Of a DNA stretch of 64,000 bases, positions 37,419 to 46,291 are shown piece after piece. A model generated the notes under the pieces. That model did not search any database, had not been told where the DNA came from, and saw only the letters and a list, made by a program, of their open reading frames with translations. The position numbers and the translations under genes are program-made. Source of the stretch: Methanobacteriota archaeon (lineage in GTDB: Archaea > Thermoplasmatota > Thermoplasmata > Thermoplasmatales > ARK-15); assembly GCA_009758405.1 (NCBI GenBank), contig WSBC01000032.1:3136-67135 (forward strand). The letters run 5' to 3'. Within the stretch, counting starts at the first letter, position 1. Every line of letters begins with the position of its first letter.

Positions 37419-38411
37419 TTAAACTTTTCGAATTCTAAGGTCTATGTTTACGTGCATAATATTTGGAGCATAATTTTTAACAATATGGAATCTCATAACA
37501 TAGTATTGTAGATCTCCAAATAGGTTTTTTATTACCTCCTCTCTATTCCATACCTCCTCCTTTCTCCAAGTATCATGATAATGAATTATACCCTTATGTT
37601 TTAGCATTTTTATTGCATAGGGAATGAATTCCCTTGAATGTACATAGCCCATTATTACCCTGTCAGCATAATCTTTCAATTCTACATCCCTGTTATCTGA
37701 GAGCATGGGATCAATGGAAACATTGTTTAATTTAATATTTTCAATTAAAAAATTGTAGGATTCTTCATTTTTCTCTATTGCAATGAGCCTAGCTGGGTAT
37801 GAATATTTGGCCAAGGGTATAGAAAAATATCCAATCCCAGCAAACATATCCACTATCTTTTCACCAGTGGCATCCATTTTTGACATTCTTATTCTTTCAT
37901 CAACATTCCCGGAGGAAAACATTATCCTTGATGCATCAAACTTATAATATATTCCATTCTCTATATGAATAGTTAATGCATCATCTCCGTATATGAATTC
38001 TACCCTTGGCCTCCTGAATTCACCTTCAATTCCTTTGTATAAAAGAACAGATTTAGCCCTGAGAACCTTGGCAAAAGTGGCACCAATTTCTAGCCTATAA
38101 TTATAAAGTACCTCTGGAAGCTGAATTAGAACAACATTTCCATATTTCTCCCAATGATTCGGTATGAATTTTTTCAAATCATTATCAATTTTGACATTCT
38201 CAATTATTTCATCATAAGGTTTTTTCTTCCTTATCCTTATTTTTCCATCAATATCCACAAAATCATTACTATTGTCAAACTTAAATTTTACAGGAAAATA
38301 AACAAAATTTTCATCACTGAATATGCTAAACTCGGGATGAAGAAGCTTTCTATCAAGAAGATATTTCCTTTTTTCCTCAGCATCTCTTTTATTTATCCTT
38401 AAATAAAGCAT
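37419..38411 (-). CDS. tRNA methyltransferase, Trm5/Taw2 (Met-10+ like) family
   Basis: SAM motif VDMFAGIGYFSIPLAK plus the conserved SSGNVDER region. 330 aa. Confidence 0.8.
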   Translation of the reverse strand: MLYLRINKRDAEEKRKYLLDRKLLHPEFSIFSDENFVYFPVKFKFDNSNDFVDIDGKIRIRKKKPYDEIIENVKIDNDLKKFIPNHWEKYGNVVLIQLPEVLYNYRLEIGATFAKVLRAKSVLLYKGIEGEFRRPRVEFIYGDDALTIHIENGIYYKFDASRIMFSSGNVDERIRMSKMDATGEKIVDMFAGIGYFSIPLAKYSYPARLIAIEKNEESYNFLIENIKLNNVSIDPMLSDNRDVELKDYADRVIMGYVHSREFIPYAIKMLKHKGIIHYHDTWRKEEVWNREEVIKNLFGDLQYYVMRFHIVKNYAPNIMHVNIDLRIRKV

Positions 38412-38474
38412 TTCGTCCGAATATTAACAAAACCTTTATATCAAATTTTTCAATATAGGTATAAGGTGATTTGA

Positions 38475-38669
38475 ATGCCACAGAAACCAGTAGTGGATGA
38501 AGCAACGTGTATTGCATGCGGTATTTGTGCTTCGGTATGTCCCGCGAATCCTGTAGTTTTTACCATAGAAAATGTTAGTAAGGTTGTTCATCCTGAAGCC
38601 TGTATAGATGGATGCACAGAATGTGTTAATAACTGTCCAACGGGCTCAATAACAATTCAGAAGCTTTAA
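38475..38669 (+). CDS. 2x[4Fe-4S] ferredoxin
   Basis: CIACGICASVCP and CIDGCTECVNNCP cluster motifs. GGTGAT Shine-Dalgarno lies 4 nt upstream. Confidence 0.85.
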   Translation: MPQKPVVDEATCIACGICASVCPANPVVFTIENVSKVVHPEACIDGCTECVNNCPTGSITIQKL

Positions 38670-39427
38670 ATTTTGTTAAAGAGCCTTCTTATAGCCTTAT
38701 CGAGACCGGGCACAGTATCAAAATTTTTAATTTTTTCAGCATCAATCCATCTGTATTCCGTATGTTCCCAATCTATCTTGATATTTTCATTATCAACTTC
38801 CCATAGGAATAGGTATATCTTCCACAATCTTTTACCATCCCTCAAAAACATATGACCTCCTGTTCTAATTAGTCTTGGATTAACTATTCCTGTTTCTTCT
38901 ATTATCTCTCTCTTAGCTGCAGGCTCTGGATCAAGATCCTCTTTATAGCCTGATACGCCAGCCCATTTTCCCTTATATGTGGAAACTTTATCACTTCTTT
39001 TTAAAATGAGTATTTTCCCATTATGATAAAGTATTGAAGTAACTACCTCCACAGGTTCCAAATTAATCTCTATTAGATCATTATTTATCTTTATTTTATC
39101 ACCATCAATAAAAATATCAGTATCTACGTTGCTCAGTGTAGGTATTTGTGCCATTACTGAGCCTGTAACAAGTGTTTCATCCGCCAAATTACATACAATT
39201 GCTAGAGGGCTATGCCCATAATATCTTAATCCATAAATTATATATGAACCAACAGTACTGCCTGAGCTTGAATCAAAGATAAAAATCTTACCTCCAATGT
39301 ATCTTCCATCATCCTTCAGGATACCCTTTTTTGGATCAACACCGCCCAAAAAAGAGAAATTTCCATTATATTTGATCACCTCTCCCTCAACAATACCTGG
39401 GTAAACAATCTTTCCATTAACTTTCAT
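38666..39427 (-). CDS. Aconitase X swivel-domain (DUF126) small subunit fused to a C-terminal Nudix hydrolase domain
   Basis: N-terminal GEVIKYNGNFSFLGGVDPKKG...GKIFIFDSSSGSTVGSYIIY is DUF126-like. C-terminal KILILKRS...KGKWAGVSG...AAKREIIEETGI is a Nudix box core. Confidence 0.75.
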   Translation of the reverse strand: MKVNGKIVYPGIVEGEVIKYNGNFSFLGGVDPKKGILKDDGRYIGGKIFIFDSSSGSTVGSYIIYGLRYYGHSPLAIVCNLADETLVTGSVMAQIPTLSNVDTDIFIDGDKIKINNDLIEINLEPVEVVTSILYHNGKILILKRSDKVSTYKGKWAGVSGYKEDLDPEPAAKREIIEETGIVNPRLIRTGGHMFLRDGKRLWKIYLFLWEVDNENIKIDWEHTEYRWIDAEKIKNFDTVPGLDKAIRRLFNKI

Positions 39428-40586
39428 ATGTCACCATCCCCAATACAGTCTCCATATCAGAGAAAAATACTTTTATTTTTTCTCTGCCTATATAGTAAGT
39501 TGCCTTACCTGATGAAAGGCCCAAAATTTTATATCTATTGGAAATGGGTGAAACCACCATACAGGTATCTGAGAATACCTTTGCACCACTTTTTTCTATT
39601 TTAGAAACAACATTCATCAACTTATTTTTCAAATGTCTTGAAGTGAAAAGAAATAGATTCTTTCCCTCCCTCAATTTTCTATTTCTTAAGTATGCCTCAA
39701 TGGCATATAGCTCTCCTTCGGATAGATGTGGACATCCTATCATAACACTTTCAGGCTCTATGTCAACACTAAATTTCTCCTTTGTAGCCCTTAGGTCATC
39801 CTTATCCACGTGTATAATCTCTTCTGCATTGTCTGCAATCTTCCATTCTGGTGTTATACCCTCTGCATGAAACATTGGTATACTTCCTGTAGAATTCATT
39901 GCAGCGCCAAGGGATTTCAGTGCATCAAGATCATTTTTAAGTCCTACAATATATGGAATACCATTTCTTATGTTTAAGCCGATGAATAGACCAAGAACTG
40001 CGTAATCAAAAAATTCTGGACTAAAATCTAAGATCACCTTATGTGTGGCCTTTCTCCCCTCATCTGTATGAAGTCCATAATATGCTGACCTGCCAATTAT
40101 TGCGGATGCAAGTGCTGAAATGCCACTTTCCCTATTGGTCCTAGCCCCTATAATTGAATTGGCATAGACAATTGCAGATGATTCGGCCCAGGATATGTGT
40201 TCCCCACTTTTTATATCCACAATATAATAAGGGGTACAGGTAAGAGAAGGAATAACTCCAATCCTATGAAAAATATCGACTATCTTCATTTGTTTTTTCA
40301 AAAAATCATCATCATCTGTGAAAAATTCTGGGAAATCAAGATCGAATCCTATAGGATTTATTGTAGTCTTAACAGCAACTTTTTCATTTACAAATTTTTC
40401 CAAAAAATCTATACCAGCATCACCAATGTTCTTATAAGAGATTCCTGAAATATGTGCATTATTTATCTTTACTGTTTTTTCAGCCCCATAAAAATCCCCT
40501 AGCCTCAATATTATTTCCATTGCTATTTTCTTAGCTTCTCCCTCTTCACCATTAAGCATCCTTTCTTCTTCATTATCCAGGTACAT
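39417..40586 (-). CDS. Aconitase X catalytic-domain (DUF521) large subunit
   Basis: MYLDNEEERMLNGEEGEAKKIAMEIILRLGDFYGAEK...NAHISG N-terminus is typical of DUF521. ATG 40586 is preferred over the listed TTG 40607. Overlaps the small-subunit gene by 11 nt. Confidence 0.8.
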   Translation of the reverse strand: MYLDNEEERMLNGEEGEAKKIAMEIILRLGDFYGAEKTVKINNAHISGISYKNIGDAGIDFLEKFVNEKVAVKTTINPIGFDLDFPEFFTDDDDFLKKQMKIVDIFHRIGVIPSLTCTPYYIVDIKSGEHISWAESSAIVYANSIIGARTNRESGISALASAIIGRSAYYGLHTDEGRKATHKVILDFSPEFFDYAVLGLFIGLNIRNGIPYIVGLKNDLDALKSLGAAMNSTGSIPMFHAEGITPEWKIADNAEEIIHVDKDDLRATKEKFSVDIEPESVMIGCPHLSEGELYAIEAYLRNRKLREGKNLFLFTSRHLKNKLMNVVSKIEKSGAKVFSDTCMVVSPISNRYKILGLSSGKATYYIGREKIKVFFSDMETVLGMVTYES

Positions 40587-40646
40587 AGAAGATAGATAAA
40601 CAAACAAAATTTAATAATTTTTTTAAGCAAGTTTTTCTTTAACTTA

Positions 40647-41546
40647 TTGAGGCTAGAGAATTTGAGTTTAACTATAACCCATACAGATTCAGATGGTGTT
40701 ATTACGGCATACCTAATTAATAAATATGTAGAGAGAAGTAAAAGAATAATGTTTTCAAACCCATCAAGAATAAAGGATACAATTTTGAGGTCATTAATTG
40801 AGGAATGGGAGATCAAAAGGTTATATGTGCTAGATATTAGTGGCAATGAGAGGGCATTGAGGGTGGCTTCAATTTATGATTATGTTGTGTGGATAGATCA
40901 TCATGAATGGATTCCAGAAAATAAATATAAAAATATTGAAATTACTATTGAAAATGAACCAAGTGCAGCAAGGGTAGTTTCAAAAAAATATGGAATAGAA
41001 GATCCCATTGTAGATTTTGCTGATCATCTCGATCAAAATTCACCACAAAATGATTTGGAGGTGGATTTCAGAGACCTTATATCATCTATAAGAAATTCAT
41101 ATCAAAGGGAGAGGGATCATATTTTGGAAAAAATAGTTTTTGATATGATGGACAATGATTTAAAAACTATAATAGATTTAAATAAAAAAAATATAGAGAA
41201 CTTCAGAATTGAAATGGAAAGGTTGAAATCAAGGATTAGGGAAAATATTAAAAATATTAAGGTTAATGATAAAAATGTTTATATTGTAGAAACGGATAAA
41301 AATATACCTGTTTATAAAATACAGGAAATAGTTCCTAAAGATTGGGATCTTATTGTGGTAATATATAAAAGGATAAGGGGCTCTTATACATCTTGGAAAA
41401 TAGAGTTTAGGTCAAGAGAACTTGATATTTTGCCTGTGGCAAAACTTTTTGGTGGTGGTGGCCATAAAAGGGCTGCAGGTGCCAGTATAATTTACAATTT
41501 TGAAATTGATCAACTTTTAAGGGCAATATCAATTTTTTATAAGTAA
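40647..41546 (+). CDS. DHH/DHHA1-family phosphoesterase (NrnA/RecJ-like)
   Basis: THTDSDGV (motif I/II region), WIDHHEW (DHH motif), C-terminal GGGHKRAAGAS (DHHA1). TTG start. Confidence 0.75.
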   Translation: MRLENLSLTITHTDSDGVITAYLINKYVERSKRIMFSNPSRIKDTILRSLIEEWEIKRLYVLDISGNERALRVASIYDYVVWIDHHEWIPENKYKNIEITIENEPSAARVVSKKYGIEDPIVDFADHLDQNSPQNDLEVDFRDLISSIRNSYQRERDHILEKIVFDMMDNDLKTIIDLNKKNIENFRIEMERLKSRIRENIKNIKVNDKNVYIVETDKNIPVYKIQEIVPKDWDLIVVIYKRIRGSYTSWKIEFRSRELDILPVAKLFGGGGHKRAAGASIIYNFEIDQLLRAISIFYK

Positions 41547-42496
41547 TAATATTCACTACCCTTTTGAAGGAGAGCCAGTAGTACTGCATCCTCTATTATT
41601 TTACTCCTTGTCACCTTCCCATTTGTAAGGAAACCTATGGCACCATCGCCCTGCCCGATGTTATCCAATCCATAAGTAGTCTTGAATGAATCACTTATTG
41701 TGCCTCCTTTTAGATTTGAAATCACCCTTTCTGGATAAGTAAAACCAACACTCGAGGAATAATTCATGTTTCCAAGACTGTCTATTATTACCACATAATG
41801 GAAATCCATGTATTTCTCTATTGATGGGTAATAAAAAAGGCCAGCCTCCACACCTACACCATAGTCCGCATCCCCAAGTGCATTCTTTGCCCTTTCAATT
41901 GCACAGAGAAGTGTTTGGTGACCATAGGGCTGCTTAATCCTTCCATGATATTCTATTCCCTCAACAATAACTTTCCCCATCAATTTTTTGAAGGCATTTT
42001 CAATTGCCCTTAACTTTTGAACATTTTTCGTGGACGCATTCACCCTAACTGTGGATAATCTGCGCCCTTCACCATCAATCCTACCATCCATTATCCTCGA
42101 GGACGATATTGGAATTAGATCATCTGCAAGAACCCTTCCTATATTGTGTATTTTTAATGGTTTCATACCCTTTTTTAATCTTATCGCATTTATTTCCATA
42201 GCATATACATAAGTTTCATGGGATACAACTATTAAATCAAAATCCTCCTCAATGGTAGGACCATAATGGTCATCTATCCTTCTTATTTCAAAACTTTTAC
42301 CAAAATTTTTTACATAATTTTCAATATCCATTTTTCTTTCATCATAGGGCCTTACTTTATATCTTCTGGACCTTGAGGCAAATTCATTGCTTGTGAGACC
42401 TATTAATATATGGTCTCCAATTGAAAATGCACTTTCAAGCAATTTTCTATGTCCTCTGTGTAAAAATTGAAATGTACCACCAACTGCTACCTTCAT
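41537..42496 (-). CDS. Fusion protein: archaeal phosphopantetheine adenylyltransferase (N) plus YjjX/DUF84-type non-canonical NTPase (C)
   Basis: N-terminal VAVGGTFQFLHRGHRKLL is a cytidylyltransferase HxGH motif. C-terminal VNASTKNVQKLRAIENAF...KQPYGHQTLLCAIERAKNAL...YGVGVEAG is DUF84-like. Confidence 0.75.
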   Translation of the reverse strand: MKVAVGGTFQFLHRGHRKLLESAFSIGDHILIGLTSNEFASRSRRYKVRPYDERKMDIENYVKNFGKSFEIRRIDDHYGPTIEEDFDLIVVSHETYVYAMEINAIRLKKGMKPLKIHNIGRVLADDLIPISSSRIMDGRIDGEGRRLSTVRVNASTKNVQKLRAIENAFKKLMGKVIVEGIEYHGRIKQPYGHQTLLCAIERAKNALGDADYGVGVEAGLFYYPSIEKYMDFHYVVIIDSLGNMNYSSSVGFTYPERVISNLKGGTISDSFKTTYGLDNIGQGDGAIGFLTNGKVTRSKIIEDAVLLALLQKGSEYYYL

Positions 42497-42521
42497 GGAT
42501 CATATGTAATATTATTATGTA

Positions 42522-44183
42522 TTAAGTATTTTCACTCTTTTCCATTTCTTCAAGCTCTTTCTTAATTTTATTAATTGTCTCATCCGGATCCCTATAATAA
42601 TCAGTGATTATTTTCCATATATCACGAAAATCTGTAATATTCTTCTTATCTAGGTATTTTATTACAGTTACCCTTTTTTCAAACTCCCTGTCCATCTCTT
42701 CATGAGTCCAATTCTTAAGATTTAATATTTTGTCAAAAAGATAACTATGTCCCCTGAATATGAACCTGTCCTTTTTTGGATCCCATTCAAATACAACGTT
42801 TGTTATTAATTCGTTCGTTTCTGGCTCAAATCCCACTATCTCAACAATCTCCTTTATCCTTCTTACAATTTCATCTTTAACCTTAACCTGTGTTTGAATT
42901 ATTACATTATTAAGCGCAGTCATTAAAATTCTTGGCGTTCCAATTGGTGGATTTTCTAATCTGTTTACCATTGCCTTTACACTCTCAGCATGCATAGTGG
43001 AATATGTGGTATGGCCTGTTGCCATTGCCTGGAACATTGTATATGTTTCCCTACCCCTTACCTCACCAACTATTATGTACCTTGGTCTCTGTCTCAGGGC
43101 AGCTCTTACTAGATCATACATATCTATTTCACCTGATGCCTTTCCAGTGATGCTTTTCTCCCCAATACCACTTCTCGTTGTACCAGGTATCCAGTTTTGA
43201 TGGGGTAGGTTTATTTCCCTTGTATCTTCTATGCTAACAATTTTTGCAGCAGGAGGTATGAATATTGCAATTGCATTAAGCGTTGATGTTTTACCTGTGG
43301 CAGGTCCTCCAACTATTATCATTGATTCCCCAAGCTCAACACCAAGCCATAGATATGCTACCATCTCAGGACTGGCTGTTCCATTCTTTATAAGATCTGT
43401 TGGGGTAAATGGTTTTTCCTTGAATCTTCTTATTGTAAATGTACCCCCTCTAGTGGTTACCTCCCTACTGTAGGTAGCCTGGACCCTGTGTCCCTCAGGT
43501 GTTGTGCCATCAAGTATAGGATCTGAAACAGATATCTGTTTCATACATTTCTGGGCAATGTATACTATAAAGCTATTCAATTCATTATCGTCTGAAAAAA
43601 CTATGTTGGTTTTTATGGATCCATAAAGCCTATGGTAAACATATATTGGTACATTAACACCGTCACATGAAATATCTTCAATGTATTCATCATTGATGAG
43701 AGGATCAATCTTCTGGTATTTTATAAAATCCCTTTTAAGATAATAATATATCCTTTCCAGGTCCAGGTCAGAAAGCTCTATACCCCTAGATTCAAGGAAT
43801 TTTTTAACAGAATGTGTTAGGTAGGTCTCTTTCTCATTCTGTGTCTTCAAATACCATTCGAATTTGAGTGTTTGGTTTAGGGAAGAATATACCTCCTTCA
43901 ATATTTCTGAAAGTTTATGGCTAAGCGGAGGCTCTATTGCCTCATAATAATACTCATAATTTTTCTTATCAAAAAGGATCCTTGCAAAGGTATATGGGTA
44001 ATTTATTCTGTAGATTTTATCTATTTTATAATCAGGATTCTCTACCTTTGGAATTGGTGTAATTGCACTAGATATTGTCTCACCCTGAACTACCTTTATC
44101 TTTAATGCTCTATCATTTCTCTTAAGCTTTAAGAACATCTTGAATAAGTATCCATTTATAGCATTTGGCTCCTTTTCAACCAC
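42522..44183 (-). CDS. Type II/IV secretion-system ATPase (FlaI/ArlI / VirB11-PilB-like)
   Basis: Walker A GGPATGKTSTLNA, SIEDTREI, and RQRPRYIIVGEVRGRET (Walker B / His box region). 553 aa. Confidence 0.85.
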   Translation of the reverse strand: MVEKEPNAINGYLFKMFLKLKRNDRALKIKVVQGETISSAITPIPKVENPDYKIDKIYRINYPYTFARILFDKKNYEYYYEAIEPPLSHKLSEILKEVYSSLNQTLKFEWYLKTQNEKETYLTHSVKKFLESRGIELSDLDLERIYYYLKRDFIKYQKIDPLINDEYIEDISCDGVNVPIYVYHRLYGSIKTNIVFSDDNELNSFIVYIAQKCMKQISVSDPILDGTTPEGHRVQATYSREVTTRGGTFTIRRFKEKPFTPTDLIKNGTASPEMVAYLWLGVELGESMIIVGGPATGKTSTLNAIAIFIPPAAKIVSIEDTREINLPHQNWIPGTTRSGIGEKSITGKASGEIDMYDLVRAALRQRPRYIIVGEVRGRETYTMFQAMATGHTTYSTMHAESVKAMVNRLENPPIGTPRILMTALNNVIIQTQVKVKDEIVRRIKEIVEIVGFEPETNELITNVVFEWDPKKDRFIFRGHSYLFDKILNLKNWTHEEMDREFEKRVTVIKYLDKKNITDFRDIWKIITDYYRDPDETINKIKKELEEMEKSENT

Positions 44184-44271
44184 CTGTCACACCTCATTAT
44201 AATATTAAAGATTCATTATTTAAAGTTTTTTAATATATTTTTTAAAAAATATGAAAATTAAGTTCTTTAAA

Positions 44272-45027
44272 TCAACATATCCATTCATTATCAAGTATCG
44301 AATCCTGCAATATTTTTGCAAATTCTTCAGGTTTCTCTAGGTGTGGTAAATGACCAGCTCCTTCAATTATCTTCAGTCTTGAACATTGTATGAATTTTTT
44401 GAACTTGAAGGCAAATTCAATTGGTATTACATTATCATTATCTCCCCATATTATCAATGTTTTTGATCTTATTTTTTTTAGATCGTCCTCATTTATTCTA
44501 TATTTCATTTCTGCATTGTTTTTAATCATATTTTCCATTACATATCTGCAATTTCCAGAAGAAACAAGAGATTCTATAAAGGAATTTTTAATCTCCATAT
44601 CCATTTTTCCAATCGGTGTATTTAAACCGGCTGAATCTTCTAGAACAATATATTCAGGTTTTTTAAATTTTAGAGAGTACAGTAATGTTACCCATCCACC
44701 ATAGGAATTACCAGCGATTCCAAAATTTTCAATACCTAAGGATATAATAAATTCATTTAGAATTTCTGAATTTAAATCCACAGTATATTCAATATGAGGC
44801 TTGTCTGATGAGCCGTGGCCTAGGAGATCTATCAAATAAAGTGAAAAATAATCTCCAATGAATTTTACAGTTTTCATCCAGGTCTTTGAATTACCGCCAA
44901 TTCCATGTATAAATAGAATTGGATATTTTCCCTCTCTATAGTAATAATGTATTCTTCCAAGGCTTGAATTAAAAAATAAGTCCTGCATATGGGGGAAAAG
45001 GGAAAATGTTTTAAAACCTTTGCCCAT
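44272..45027 (-). CDS. Alpha/beta-fold hydrolase
   Basis: HGIGGN oxyanion region, nucleophile elbow GNSYGG, C-terminal GAGHLPHLE. Confidence 0.8.
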   Translation of the reverse strand: MGKGFKTFSLFPHMQDLFFNSSLGRIHYYYREGKYPILFIHGIGGNSKTWMKTVKFIGDYFSLYLIDLLGHGSSDKPHIEYTVDLNSEILNEFIISLGIENFGIAGNSYGGWVTLLYSLKFKKPEYIVLEDSAGLNTPIGKMDMEIKNSFIESLVSSGNCRYVMENMIKNNAEMKYRINEDDLKKIRSKTLIIWGDNDNVIPIEFAFKFKKFIQCSRLKIIEGAGHLPHLEKPEEFAKILQDSILDNEWIC

Positions 45028-45079
45028 ACTTAAATATGTGAAAAAAAGGGAACATATTGTAGAAAGTGCGCCAGAATCT

Positions 45080-46291
45080 ATGGGGAAGATCTGCGCAATA
45101 TGTAAGGGTGATAAATTATTATGCGGTAAGAGCGAATGCCCTATACTTGCAAAATATAAAAGTCTACTTAGAATAAGATCCTCAATTAAGGAGGAGATTG
45201 AAGGATCCTCTCCACCATCAATATTTGTTGGTAGAATGGGTTATCCAAAGGTGAAGGTAGGGCCCCTTGCACCTCCATTCCATGGTGATACAGAGATAAT
45301 GGACAGCCCTGAAGAATGGATATCCATGGATATACATGAATTCATAGACATGAGAATCTCATTAATAAGGGGTAAAAGACAGGTGAACATTTATGATATT
45401 CAAGATCCTTATGTCGAATCATTGCAAGAAATGCTATTATCCGAAAGGCATGTTGAACTTGAGGAAAAATTCATTAAAAGACCGGGATTTTCCATTCCTC
45501 TAGGGGATGAAATTCCTCCCTACGGTCCTTCAGGTGAATTAAAGAGCATAAAAATATTTCCAGGGAGAACAAACTTTAGGATTCAAAAAATTTATGATGA
45601 TACGGATATAAATGCTTCAGATGCTTTAATTGAACTTTATTCAATGGGCGAAAGTTTATCTAGGATTCAGAGGGCCCTATCAGCTGGGATGCTGGGACAA
45701 TGGAAGTATAGGAAGCTTGTTCCAACAAGGTGGTCAATAACTGCCGTAGATTCCACAATCTCTGAAAGACTATTACAAAAGGTAAAAAATAATGAGACAA
45801 TAGATAAGATAGAGATATATGAATCTAGAAAAATGGAAAATATTTTCATAGTAATTCTTCTTCCCTACAACTGGTCCTATGAACTTGTAGAAGGATGGTA
45901 TCCGGGTACCCTATGGAACCCATACAGCCAAGAAACATTTATAATATCAGATTATGAATTTTACTATGGGAGAAAGGATTACGCAAGTATAGGTGGATGT
46001 TATTATTCTGCCAGGCTTGCAGTTGCAGAACACTTAGTTAGAAGGGGAAGGCAGGCAACGGCTATTGTTCTGAGGGAGGCACTTCCATCATACATTTTGC
46101 CAGTTGGTGTCTGGAATGTTAGGGAGAATGTCAGGAATGCATTGAATTCGAGGCCTATCGAATTTGATGATGAAAATAGTGCTTTAAATTACGTATTTTC
46201 AAGGTTTCATATACCAAAGGAAGTATGGATTAGAAATAGTAAACTTCTTGATTTTATGTTGCATCAGGTAAAGTTCCATGGATTGTACTGA
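45080..46291 (+). CDS. nreA: NreA-family (DUF650/DUF651) DNA-repair-associated protein
   Basis: N-terminal Cys cluster CAICKGDKLLCGKSECP, and length and architecture typical of archaeal Nre. Start is uncertain: listed TTG 45020 overlaps the divergent gene, so ATG 45080 was chosen. Confidence 0.7.
   Translation: MGKICAICKGDKLLCGKSECPILAKYKSLLRIRSSIKEEIEGSSPPSIFVGRMGYPKVKVGPLAPPFHGDTEIMDSPEEWISMDIHEFIDMRISLIRGKRQVNIYDIQDPYVESLQEMLLSERHVELEEKFIKRPGFSIPLGDEIPPYGPSGELKSIKIFPGRTNFRIQKIYDDTDINASDALIELYSMGESLSRIQRALSAGMLGQWKYRKLVPTRWSITAVDSTISERLLQKVKNNETIDKIEIYESRKMENIFIVILLPYNWSYELVEGWYPGTLWNPYSQETFIISDYEFYYGRKDYASIGGCYYSARLAVAEHLVRRGRQATAIVLREALPSYILPVGVWNVRENVRNALNSRPIEFDDENSALNYVFSRFHIPKEVWIRNSKLLDFMLHQVKFHGLY

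Noticed and set aside
40523-40846. A 107-aa minus-strand ORF spanning the acnX/DHH divergent spacer.
   Set aside because: It overlaps the 5' ends of both flanking, well-supported genes and has AT-rich low-complexity sequence.
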